From: Candidatus Moraniibacteriota bacterium
GTDB taxonomy: Bacteria; Patescibacteriota; Minisyncoccia; Moranbacterales; UBA9337
DNA length: 33,865 bases
Assembly (NCBI GenBank): GCA_003510795.1
Contig: DOKP01000084.1
Location: forward strand, 1-33,865
Direction: 5' to 3'
Under the pieces are notes generated by a model. It made no database searches, was not told where the DNA came from, and worked only from the letters and a program-made list of their open reading frames with translations. Positions 1 to 7,327 of the stretch are shown piece after piece. Every line of letters begins with the position of its first letter. Positions within the stretch are counted from its first letter, which is position 1. The position numbers and the translations under genes are program-made.

Positions 1-24
1 AAAAACCCGCCATTTTCTGGCGGC
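1..24 (-). terminator. Intrinsic terminator downstream of the peptidase fragment
   Basis: On the minus strand, CCGCCA-gaaaa-TGGCGG (18-23 pairs with 7-12) is followed by G and then TTTTT (reverse complement of 1-5). It sits about 20 nt after the stop at 44-46. Confidence 0.6.
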
Positions 25-43
25 TTTTAATAAATAAAAAGAA

Positions 44-619
44 TTAGTTGTTTAGCTGGTAGCCAAGCAATAAGTCGTTATAAAATTTATCATTCAAAAC
101 TGGAGCTTGTATTGTTTTAATAATAGGATAAGCGTAATTGAAAGCTTCTTCTATCGCCACCTTTCCGTCATATTTTAAGGGATTAACACTTCTTTTATTG
201 AGCGGGTTAAATCCATCTCCTAGCCCATCTGTCATCGCCCTTTTCACAAAATAATGAGCAAACAATCCTTCGCTTTCTTTATAGATAGGACTATCTATAG
301 TTCCATTATTATACCCGCCTAAGTAATAAGTCATTGAACTCTGATATTCAGTGCTGGACATCGCCAAGACTCTTCCATCGGATTCAAGATCTTTCATCCC
401 GCCTGCATTACAAGTGTCAAAAGCAAAAATAATTCTTTTAGTTGGGGCGTCGGCAAACCACGCCCGGAGTTGATCATCCCAGATATAGGAAGAATTTCCT
501 GGTACATAATTGATACCGTTTGCATAATCAACTTCGCTATAATCCTGATCATAAATAAACATGGCCTCATCTAAAGGTCTCATCGTTATCAAGTTGCAAT
601 CCTGCTTCGTCATAAGCAA
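44..619 (-). CDS. C-terminal part of a clan CD (caspase/legumain-like) cysteine peptidase, carrying the Cys block. Probably one gene with 567..1229, split by a frameshift.
   Basis: IIFAFDTCNAGGM resembles the catalytic-Cys block of caspase-fold peptidases. The ORF-track start at 619 is a TTG. There is no signal peptide, and the ORF overlaps the upstream ORF by 53 nt in a different frame. Confidence 0.5.
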   Translation of the reverse strand: MLMTKQDCNLITMRPLDEAMFIYDQDYSEVDYANGINYVPGNSSYIWDDQLRAWFADAPTKRIIFAFDTCNAGGMKDLESDGRVLAMSSTEYQSSMTYYLGGYNNGTIDSPIYKESEGLFAHYFVKRAMTDGLGDGFNPLNKRSVNPLKYDGKVAIEEAFNYAYPIIKTIQAPVLNDKFYNDLLLGYQLNN

Positions 620-1229
620 CGCCAGTTGAGCTGTGTCCGCTGAAAAAGAATACTAATTCATCATTGGCAGTCATTTTTGCTGGAGTTGTCTCAGTTCCCA
701 CTAGTTCATCAATTTTAGATTTTATAGCATTAAATCTTGCATTGGCATCGCTAAAAATAAAAATATTTGAATCACTATAGTTATATTCATCAATCAAAGC
801 TTTCTTCATATTCAAAGCATCTTCATCCTTGCAATAATAGGCTAATTCATCTTCTACAGTTGGAAAATTTTTCCCTGTCTTAGCAGCAGTTACACAAAGA
901 TCATTTATTTTTCCAGCATAGTTTGCCATACCCACCAAGATTGCGTATCGTTGGCCACCAGTCGGAATCTGATTTCCCAATATTCCCGTTGCGCCCCCAG
1001 CTGACAAATCTGGAGTGGGAGATGGTTTTGCCGGTTTTCCTTTTAAGACCCTCTCAATCTCATCAAAAGATTTTCTTTCATTTTCAGAGAGAACATTCTT
1101 TTTTGAAATTTTCACATTTTTCGCCTCACTTGGTTTATCGAATTTGTTCTCTTTTTCTCCTTGCGCTACTACCCCTATTGCGCTAAGAAAAAATACAAAA
1201 ACAAAAACTGCCCATGTTATTTTTTTCAT
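567..1229 (-). CDS. N-terminal part of a secreted clan CD (caspase/legumain-like) cysteine peptidase, carrying the His block
   Basis: Signal peptide MKKITWAVFVFVFFLSAIGVVAQG. LVFFFSGHSS resembles the SGH(G) catalytic-His block. The ORF stops 24 codons after that His. Confidence 0.55.
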   Translation of the reverse strand: MKKITWAVFVFVFFLSAIGVVAQGEKENKFDKPSEAKNVKISKKNVLSENERKSFDEIERVLKGKPAKPSPTPDLSAGGATGILGNQIPTGGQRYAILVGMANYAGKINDLCVTAAKTGKNFPTVEDELAYYCKDEDALNMKKALIDEYNYSDSNIFIFSDANARFNAIKSKIDELVGTETTPAKMTANDELVFFFSGHSSTGVAYDEAGLQLDNDETFR

Positions 1230-1278
1230 TTTTTATTTTTATTTAATTATTACTTTTAAACTATACCACAAAGAAAAC

Positions 1279-1323
1279 AAAAAAACACCTCTGCCCGCAT
1301 TGCTACGCGCAAAGCGTTGCAGA
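1279..1323 (-). terminator. Probable intrinsic terminator after the first Fic gene
   Basis: A locally GC-rich segment. On the minus strand UCUGC...GCAGA encloses ACGC-UUUGC-GCGU, followed by GGUG and seven U (plus-strand A-run 1279-1285). Confidence 0.45.
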
Positions 1324-1327
1324 CTGG

Positions 1328-1389
1328 CGATAAGTCATTCAAAGCGGTTCTCAAAGTAAATAAACTATTTACAATGAAACGACCTAGTT
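1328..1389. repeat. Intergenic repeat family A, copy 1
   Basis: cgataagtcattcaaag, cggttctca and aatgaaacgacctagtt are each exactly shared with 6625-6685. The blocks flank a stem-loop, gtaaata-aac-tatttac. Confidence 0.8.
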
Positions 1390-2460
1390 TTATCCAAAAT
1401 AATTTTCCACCGCAAATTCAAATTGTTGCATAAATATTTCCTTTATATAAGAAATATTATTTTGCTCATAAAACAATATCATGGCTTTTTTGTATTCGAT
1501 AGTGTCAACATCTCTGTATGACAGCATGGATTTGCTGTGGGCATGCAAGATAGCATTAGCAATGATGCGCGAAGTACGCTTATTGCCATCCTCAAATGGT
1601 TGAATATAAGCAATCATAATGAGCACGATAAAGGACTTGGCAAAAGGATTTTTTGTTCTCTCAAGAACTTCTACTAATTTTTTCATAACAACTGCAATGT
1701 CTTTTTTCTTGGGTATGGGTCGATAAATCGTTCCAGTGATTCCGACCGGATGATCCCTGAAGTCTTTTTTGATATCTATTTTTTCCGTCAGAAGCTCATG
1801 GATTTTTATAATCTTATCCAAAGTGATGTCCTTGAAATATTCATCATTGGTCAAAATAAAATCAAGTGTTTTTTTGTGATTCAATATCATCTGCGCTTCT
1901 GATTTATTTTTTCCTTTGGCGAAATGCATTTCTCTGATGAGCATTTCTGTTTCAAGCAAGGTATATGTATTTCCTTCAATCTCTGAAGATTTCCAAGATA
2001 GTTCTATTATTAGACGCTCCCATTCTTTTCGGAAAATAGTCGGGCTATCCTTAGCTAATTTATTTCTTGTTTCGATATATTTCTCATTAGCCTTCTCTAA
2101 TATTTCCATTTCTTCTCCTGAAAAAATACTATCATTTAATACAGATAAAATCTCATCATTAAACAATGGCTTTGCTTCTCGCTCTGAAAATGGTCGCGAG
2201 AAATATTCTTCCACGTCAATTTTCTTTGCAATCGGATATTTGGAGGAAAGTTGATATGTGACAGCTCGCCCAGCAGTTCCCCGCCTTTCTACTAAACCCG
2301 CCTGAATCATTTTTTCCAAATCTCTAGAGATAGTCATTCTCGTTATCTTGCCTAGTTCTTTCGCTATATGCTCACTTATTTGACCGCCAGAAACACTCCC
2401 TTTTCCTTCGATAAAAGAGAGAATCATCTCTTGCCTTGGGATTAATTTTTCATTTTTCAT
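1390..2460 (-). CDS. Fic/DOC-family protein with an N-terminal winged-HTH and a degenerate catalytic motif
   Basis: HTH-like GGQISEHIAKELGKITRMTISRDLEKMIQAGLVER. Inhibitory-helix-like SSEIEG. The Fic core reads IQPFEDGNKRTSR where HPFx(D/E)GNGRxxR is expected, so His is replaced by Gln and GNGR by GNKR. Confidence 0.75.
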   Translation of the reverse strand: MKNEKLIPRQEMILSFIEGKGSVSGGQISEHIAKELGKITRMTISRDLEKMIQAGLVERRGTAGRAVTYQLSSKYPIAKKIDVEEYFSRPFSEREAKPLFNDEILSVLNDSIFSGEEMEILEKANEKYIETRNKLAKDSPTIFRKEWERLIIELSWKSSEIEGNTYTLLETEMLIREMHFAKGKNKSEAQMILNHKKTLDFILTNDEYFKDITLDKIIKIHELLTEKIDIKKDFRDHPVGITGTIYRPIPKKKDIAVVMKKLVEVLERTKNPFAKSFIVLIMIAYIQPFEDGNKRTSRIIANAILHAHSKSMLSYRDVDTIEYKKAMILFYEQNNISYIKEIFMQQFEFAVENYFG

Positions 2461-2487
2461 AATAATATAATAGTAACATTTTTATAG

Positions 2488-2519
2488 TCTAAATGTAACA
2501 TAAATGTTACATTTAGTCA
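2488..2519 (-). promoter_or_regulatory. Promoter of the first Fic gene with an overlapping palindromic operator
   Basis: On the minus strand, TTGACT (2514-2519), a 17-nt spacer and TACATT (2491-2496). A perfect 12-4-12 palindrome, ctaaatgtaaca-taaa-tgttacatttag (2488-2515), covers the spacer and the -10. Extra (g)taacat half-sites lie at 2472, 2527, 2571 and 2616. Confidence 0.55.
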
Positions 2520-2589
2520 AGAATAATAACATTTTTTACCAATAAATCCCCACTTTAAGCCATATTCTTTGTAACATCCTAATTTCATA

Positions 2590-2613
2590 TTTTTGTAATT
2601 ATGCAAGTATAAA
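2590..2613. repeat. Intergenic repeat family B, copy 1
   Basis: tttttgtaattatgcaagtataaa matches 6544-6567 at 24 of 24 positions. Confidence 0.85.
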
Positions 2614-2622
2614 GTTAACATA

Positions 2623-3675
2623 TTATAATTTTCTATATCTTGCTCCTCTCGTTACTCCGATTCTTTCAATCAATTTTAAATCAACCAGCCTCGACAGAGC
2701 CTGTTTGATGGTTGGCATCGGGATTGAGCTGTTGAGCATTTTTTCAATCTCTGAAACACTCAATTCATCAGCCTCAAACAATTGATAAATTCTTAGTTGC
2801 TTTTCCGAAAGTAATTTTTCGGGCTGATCTTTATCCATTATTTCTTTAGCTCTTCTTATCTGCTCCAAAAGAACATCTAAGAAAAAATTAAGCCAGAGTG
2901 CAATATCCTCATTTTTTGTCTTGTGCTTAGATTGAGTTTTTCGCAATGCCCAATAATAATCAATCTTTCTTTCCTCAATAATTTCATCTAATGAAACATA
3001 TGGCACATAGGTATAGCCAGCCTTAAGCAAGAGCAGTGTGGTTAGCGCTCTTGAAAGCCTTCCATTTCCATCACGAAATGGATGAATTGCCAGAAATTCA
3101 AAGATGAAGTTTGCAACAAGAATCAGCGAATGTGAGCTCTTTTCTTTTGTTTCCTCCTTTAACCAAAATAACACATCATCCATCTCTTTTTTTGTCAGAT
3201 ATGGTGGAGTTGGATCAAAAACAGTAACTTCCTCTCCATCTTTTTTTATCATGACAACTCTATTATCAGTTGTTTTGTATTTACCCCTATGCAATTCATC
3301 TTTATCTGAAAAACTAAGCAATATTTTATGAAACTGCAAAATATAACTTTCGGTGATTTTAAAAGTTTTCCAATTATCAAAAATTCTTCCAAGTAAATCT
3401 GCATATCCAGCCACCTCTTGAGCGTCTCTTCCTTTGGGTGGAGCTGACTTCAATCCTTGCAGAAGCTTTGCTACTTCGTCATCGGACATTTTCGAGCCTT
3501 CAATACGAGTGGAAGACCCTGTGCTGGTAATAATCACACTTCTTTTGAGCCTGCCCAGAATTTGTGGACTAAGTCTTATGCTCCCCCTCCAGAGACCTTT
3601 AAATTCGTCTATTTTTGAGATTTTTTGTAATATCTCTTGCGTCAAAATGACCCTTTTTTGAAATCTGTTATTCAT
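2623..3675 (-). CDS. Fic-family protein (AMPylase-type motif) with an N-terminal inhibitory motif and a C-terminal winged-HTH
   Basis: Canonical HPFRDGNGRLSR. STRIEG fits (S/T)xxxE(G/N). The C-terminal tail IPMPTIKQALSRLVDLKLIERIG is HTH-like. Confidence 0.8.
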   Translation of the reverse strand: MNNRFQKRVILTQEILQKISKIDEFKGLWRGSIRLSPQILGRLKRSVIITSTGSSTRIEGSKMSDDEVAKLLQGLKSAPPKGRDAQEVAGYADLLGRIFDNWKTFKITESYILQFHKILLSFSDKDELHRGKYKTTDNRVVMIKKDGEEVTVFDPTPPYLTKKEMDDVLFWLKEETKEKSSHSLILVANFIFEFLAIHPFRDGNGRLSRALTTLLLLKAGYTYVPYVSLDEIIEERKIDYYWALRKTQSKHKTKNEDIALWLNFFLDVLLEQIRRAKEIMDKDQPEKLLSEKQLRIYQLFEADELSVSEIEKMLNSSIPMPTIKQALSRLVDLKLIERIGVTRGARYRKL

Positions 3676-3697
3676 ATTGATTTAAATATATTTTAAC

Positions 3698-3733
3698 TAT
3701 ATCTAATTATAGCTAATTATATCTAAAAGTCAA
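3698..3733 (-). promoter_or_regulatory. Promoter of the second Fic gene with direct-repeat operator candidates
   Basis: On the minus strand, TTGACT (3728-3733), a 16-nt spacer and TATAAT (3706-3711). tatatcta occurs twice (3698-3705 and 3718-3725), 20 bp apart. ctaattata occurs twice, 10 bp apart. Confidence 0.55.
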
Positions 3734-3800
3734 GGAAAGTTACCCACTGGTAAAAATGCATAAAAACACTCCCTGGAAACGAAACATTTCTCGACAAAAA
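3733..3800. repeat. Intergenic repeat family C, copy 1
   Basis: aggaaagtt...aaaaatgcataaaa.c.ctccct.gaaacgaa.catttc.c.aca.aaa aligns with 6446-6513. By eye it is roughly four fifths identical, with one indel. Confidence 0.7.
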
Positions 3801-3841
3801 ATATGACATTTTCATTTCCTCTTTACAACTTTGTAGTTTTA

Positions 3842-3870
3842 TTGACTAATAGGCATATAGGTGCTAATTT
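3842..3870 (+). promoter_or_regulatory. Promoter for the 3909 gene, divergent from the Fic promoter
   Basis: TTGACT (3842-3847), a 17-nt spacer and TAATTT (3865-3870), about 40 nt upstream of the ATG. Confidence 0.5.
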
Positions 3871-3908
3871 AAAAACAAGTTAAAATAACTAAATTATACA
3901 CAAATCTA

Positions 3909-4550
3909 ATGAAAAATAAATCAATAATCGTATTAATATCTGTAATTTCGCTTGTATTGATAGCTGGGGTTGGTTTTTTATTTCTGAAAAATAAAGAAGG
4001 AAATAATAAGGAAATTTTACAAGAAAAAATAATTATTCCAAATGACGCTAATCAAAATAAGAAAGAAGCTGATATTGGAGAAATAGACACAAGTAATTGG
4101 CAAGTTTATAAAAATGAAGAGTATGGGTTTGAGGTTAAATATCCAGAAAATTGGAAGACAAAGAAGTTTAAATCTTCTTGTTTGGGCCTTGGAGATTGTG
4201 CCATTGATTGCAATAAAATGCCAGAAGAATGTAATATTGTAGGATTTTCTTTTTATAATGAGAACGATGTAAAGCTAGAGTCAACCGCTATATCAGTGGT
4301 TCCCGAAAATCAAAAAAAATCGAGCGAACTCCATAATATAAAAAGCGAATGGATGCAAGGAATGTTTAGCGGTTGTTATGTTACCGCAAGGATAAACACA
4401 GATAATAATGAATTTCTTCTGGGAAGTTTTCGCTCAGCAACTGATTTAAATGATGCTGAAACTACCCAAAAGGAAAATGATCTATGTGAAAGAAATATGT
4501 TAAATCCACTTTTTAATGAAATGGTGAAAAGTTTTACTGCCATAAATTAA
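3909..4550 (+). CDS. Membrane-anchored hypothetical protein
   Basis: An N-terminal TM or signal anchor, SIIVLISVISLVLIAGVGFLFL, followed by a Cys-containing extracytoplasmic region. I recognise no family motif. Confidence 0.6.
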   Translation: MKNKSIIVLISVISLVLIAGVGFLFLKNKEGNNKEILQEKIIIPNDANQNKKEADIGEIDTSNWQVYKNEEYGFEVKYPENWKTKKFKSSCLGLGDCAIDCNKMPEECNIVGFSFYNENDVKLESTAISVVPENQKKSSELHNIKSEWMQGMFSGCYVTARINTDNNEFLLGSFRSATDLNDAETTQKENDLCERNMLNPLFNEMVKSFTAIN

Positions 4551-4562
4551 AGGTAGAAAATA

Positions 4563-4615
4563 ATGACTGCACAAAAAATATTTTAAAAACATTTAAGTAT
4601 TTTCTGTGCAGTCAT
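4563..4615 (+). terminator. Long hairpin after the 3909 gene (possible terminator)
   Basis: atgactgcaca (4563-4573) pairs with tgtgcagtcat (4605-4615), and the stem extends through an A/T stretch with one mismatch. No clear U-run follows. Confidence 0.3.
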
Positions 4616-4667
4616 AGGGATTGCATATTATGCAGTTGTTTGAAAACTTAAAAAATGGAGGTTTACC

Positions 4668-5411
4668 ATGTTTCATCAATCAGTATGTTTGTTTATTGTC
4701 GTATTCGTGATGTTACTATCCGAAAGCTGTCTGGCAGAGTGTCCGGGAGGAACAATGCCTAATGGATTTTGCTGGCCAACGGAAGGAAGTGCAAAGCTTT
4801 TAGGATGGCATGGAGAAAATGAAAGTTATCCCGGAGGCGTTCATCTTGCTCAAGATATTAGAGCCAATGAAGGTGACGATGTGTACGCAATTGCCGATGG
4901 TACGGTTTTGCATAATAGCATGAGTATCGGTGGATATGGTGGCGTTGGTCGTAATGGAGGCGGACTTATTATTAAACATAAATTATCAAGTGGAGAGGAG
5001 TTTGTAGCGCTATATGCACACTTAAAAAATATTTCTGCGGGAACAACTGTAGAAAAGGGCAATAAAATTGCTGAGATAGGACCTTATCTAGGTGGAACAG
5101 TGCATCTTCATTTTGGAATAAGATTTCCATTTAATGACGATAACAATCGTTGGGCTGGATATGGATACGGAAGTGATAACGGCTTCACTCAGCCAATCGC
5201 TTTCATTCAAAACAACGCTCCTTACGTCGATTTCTCCGACAGTTCTAAAACCGTAGAAGCTACTGTTCGTAAAGTCGGTGATGCAGCTTGGTATCCACCC
5301 AATGTAGATTGCTTGGATGCTCAAGTATGGTTTCGAGTTACTCAAACCACTTGTTATTCTGCAAGCAGAGCAATATGTTTTGAAATCATGGATGCTTGTC
5401 CTGCATTCTAA
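4668..5411 (+). CDS. Secreted M23-family (LytM-type) metallopeptidase
   Basis: GGAGG lies 7 nt upstream of the ATG. A signal peptide is present. The HxxxD motif is HLAQD and the HxH motif is VHLHFGI. Confidence 0.85.
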   Translation: MFHQSVCLFIVVFVMLLSESCLAECPGGTMPNGFCWPTEGSAKLLGWHGENESYPGGVHLAQDIRANEGDDVYAIADGTVLHNSMSIGGYGGVGRNGGGLIIKHKLSSGEEFVALYAHLKNISAGTTVEKGNKIAEIGPYLGGTVHLHFGIRFPFNDDNNRWAGYGYGSDNGFTQPIAFIQNNAPYVDFSDSSKTVEATVRKVGDAAWYPPNVDCLDAQVWFRVTQTTCYSASRAICFEIMDACPAF

Positions 5412-5439
5412 TAGCCTAACTCAAGGGAGGATAAAAATA

Positions 5440-6375
5440 ATGAAGATAAAAATAATCTTGATATTACTTCTATTTTTCACTCCGCTGTACGTTCCAGCCG
5501 CAAGGGCTGAACTTTGTGGAGGCACAATTACCATTCAAATTGGTCCTTCATCATATGGAGGAACTTATAACGATCCCGAACCCACATCTTCCGATTCTGA
5601 CCCTGACCTCCATATCAACAGTTTTGATTTAAAAGAGCTAGGAGGAAGTTGGGTTAAAGAGATATACAAAACTCTCTATTGGGGACAAAGCCTTCAAGTT
5701 GAAGGCAGAATGGAAGTCGAAAACCGCAGTTCGGGGGAAGCCGAAGATGTAGACTCGGATTATCGGATTGAAAATAAGCGTGATTTTGATGAAAACGATA
5801 CCAAGATTGATGAAGACAGTCCTTTTGATATCGACCCGGGAGAACGAGAAGAAAAAGGTATGAGTCCAGTATTAATTGCCGTTTCATCAAACGGTCAAAC
5901 AGTCACTGTGTCTCGCGGTAGCACGAGTAAAAGTTTTCCAGTAATAAATGGTTTTGTTAAAATATACTTCTTTGTTGACGTGGAAGAAGATGATGGCGAT
6001 CACGATATTTCTTCTGAGTCTGACAAAGACGAATATGGCAAAATTGAACTCATAATCAGACCTCCTATAATAGCTAATTTTTCTGCTAGTCTGTTTACCG
6101 GAACTGCTCCTTTAACTGTCAGTTTTACTGACTATTCAACCAATAACCCCACTAGTTGGAGTTGGGATTTCGGAGACGGGTATTCTTCCTCAGAGAAAAA
6201 TCCCACTCACACTTATCTTTCGCCTGGTATTTTTACCGTCAGATTAACCGCCAGCAACAGTTTAGGAACTGATTCTGTAACAAAAGTTGCATATATCACA
6301 GTTGCCGATGTAGTAGTTCCTCCTGAACCAACAATAACTGCACCTGTATTATTCAGAATCGTATTGGTCGAATGA
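5440..6375 (+). CDS. Secreted acidic protein with a C-terminal PKD domain
   Basis: GGAGG is followed by the ATG at 5440, giving the signal peptide MKIKIILILLLFFTPLYVPAARA. The PKD signature is PLTVSFTD...WSWDFGDG...HTY...G.FTVRLTASN. The ORF-track start at 5317 lies inside the M23 gene. Confidence 0.8.
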   Translation: MKIKIILILLLFFTPLYVPAARAELCGGTITIQIGPSSYGGTYNDPEPTSSDSDPDLHINSFDLKELGGSWVKEIYKTLYWGQSLQVEGRMEVENRSSGEAEDVDSDYRIENKRDFDENDTKIDEDSPFDIDPGEREEKGMSPVLIAVSSNGQTVTVSRGSTSKSFPVINGFVKIYFFVDVEEDDGDHDISSESDKDEYGKIELIIRPPIIANFSASLFTGTAPLTVSFTDYSTNNPTSWSWDFGDGYSSSEKNPTHTYLSPGIFTVRLTASNSLGTDSVTKVAYITVADVVVPPEPTITAPVLFRIVLVE

Positions 6376-6401
6376 CTGTACCGATTAAAATATTTATTTA
6401 A

Positions 6402-6436
6402 CCCCATCTTTTCCCTAGGGAAAGATGGGTTTTTTA
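6402..6436 (+). terminator. Intrinsic terminator after the PKD gene
   Basis: cccatcttt pairs with aaagatggg (6403-6411 with 6421-6429), followed by TTTTTT. Confidence 0.7.
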
Positions 6437-6445
6437 TTTATATAG

Positions 6446-6513
6446 AGGAAAGTTGTCACTCCCAAAAATGCATAAAATCGCTCCCTAGAAACGAATCATT
6501 TCCCAACATAAAC
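6446..6513. repeat. Intergenic repeat family C, copy 2
   Basis: Aligns with 3733-3800 (see copy 1). Confidence 0.7.
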
Positions 6514-6514
6514 T

Positions 6515-6539
6515 AAAAAAACACCCATCCATTGAGTGT
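6515..6539 (-). terminator. Intrinsic terminator closing the minus-strand 6766..7263 transcript
   Basis: On the minus strand, ACACUC-aauggau-GGGUGU is followed by seven U (plus-strand A-run 6515-6521). Confidence 0.55.
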
Positions 6540-6543
6540 CCTG

Positions 6544-6567
6544 TTTTTGTAATTATGCAAGTATAAA
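6544..6567. repeat. Intergenic repeat family B, copy 2
   Basis: A 24 of 24 match to 2590-2613. Confidence 0.85.
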
Positions 6568-6624
6568 AGTTTATCACTCCCGCAAATTTTTTACAAAATG
6601 TGGGATTTTATCTTTTGCGGTTCC

Positions 6625-6685
6625 CGATAAGTCATTCAAAGAAAGCGGTTCTCATTCTAATAAATTAGAATGAAACGACCTAGTT
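6625..6685. repeat. Intergenic repeat family A, copy 2
   Basis: It has the same three exact blocks as 1328-1389. The internal stem-loop has a different sequence (tcattcta-ataaat-tagaatga). Confidence 0.8.
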
Positions 6686-6765
6686 AGGTTTGTTCCTAGT
6701 CGGTTTTAAGCGACTAAGTGTACACCAATACTCCCTAGAAAGGAGGTGATTCGTGGGAGGAATTA

Positions 6766-7263
6766 CTATTTACAAGCTAATGCTTGCTGACAATCGTTGA
6801 AAACTTTGGTATATTTTTCCTTATATTTTTCATATTCTTTCTTTCCAAAATCCTCATATCTTTCCATATACTTATCAAACTTTTCCTTTGTATAAAAACT
6901 GTCGGAAACACAATATTGATTTACATCTGCAGAGCAATCCCTAGATTTGACCGCCTCAGCTTGCACATTTGCTATTTGACTCTTCTGAGATTCAATTGAG
7001 CCCTCTGCTTGCGATAACTTCTGAGTCTGCTCGTCAATTGTCGCTTTCTGTTGTTCTATGAGCGTCTGCATTTCCTGCATTTTATTTTCATTGTCTTCCT
7101 TGTTTTGGTCTATTTTATCAGCAAGTTCTAAAACTGATTCTTCTGGAGCAAGTCCCAAAATCAAATTTCTAGTTTCCCCGATAGCCATTCCAATAACTGG
7201 AGATAAAACAGCTCCGACAACAAAGAATATCACCGAATAGATTATTACTTTTTTCATAAGCAA
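6766..7263 (-). CDS. N-terminally membrane-anchored coiled-coil protein (hypothetical)
   Basis: TM segment VIIYSVIFFVVGAVLSPVIGMAIG, followed by a Q/E/K-rich coiled coil. The likely ATG is at 7257, because the codon at 7263 is TTG. Confidence 0.6.
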   Translation of the reverse strand: MLMKKVIIYSVIFFVVGAVLSPVIGMAIGETRNLILGLAPEESVLELADKIDQNKEDNENKMQEMQTLIEQQKATIDEQTQKLSQAEGSIESQKSQIANVQAEAVKSRDCSADVNQYCVSDSFYTKEKFDKYMERYEDFGKKEYEKYKEKYTKVFNDCQQALACK

Positions 7264-7327
7264 GTAACTTAAAATGAAGAATTATTAATGGTTTCAGTAT
7301 AACTCAAACAGCCAAAAAAATCCATCA

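Noticed and set aside
1015-1359. Plus-strand ORFs antisense to well-supported minus-strand genes. Examples are 1015..1359, 1916..2254, 11486..11959, 22603..23046 and 31631..32071, plus the many 60-100-aa plus-strand ORFs in the track.
   Set aside because: They have S/F/L/I-rich low-complexity translations, typical of the antisense frame of AT-rich genes. They have no SD and no motifs, and every one lies fully inside a gene with clear family signatures on the other strand.
5317-5439. N-terminal extension of the PKD-protein ORF, starting inside the M23 peptidase gene
   Set aside because: It overlaps the M23 gene by 95 nt. The internal ATG at 5440 has a GGAGG SD and opens directly with a signal peptide.
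6738-6750. Possible 3' end of a 16S rRNA gene (minus-strand AUCACCUCCUUUC)
   Set aside because: Only about 13 nt match. The upstream flank lacks the conserved 16S helix-45 region, and a protein-coding gene ends 16 nt away. It is kept as an anti-SD or SD-like curiosity, not as an rRNA.
6753-6800. 15-codon GUG-initiated plus-strand mini-ORF behind the perfect SD
   Set aside because: It is too short to evaluate, it is antisense to the 3' end of a supported gene, and there is no evidence of conservation.
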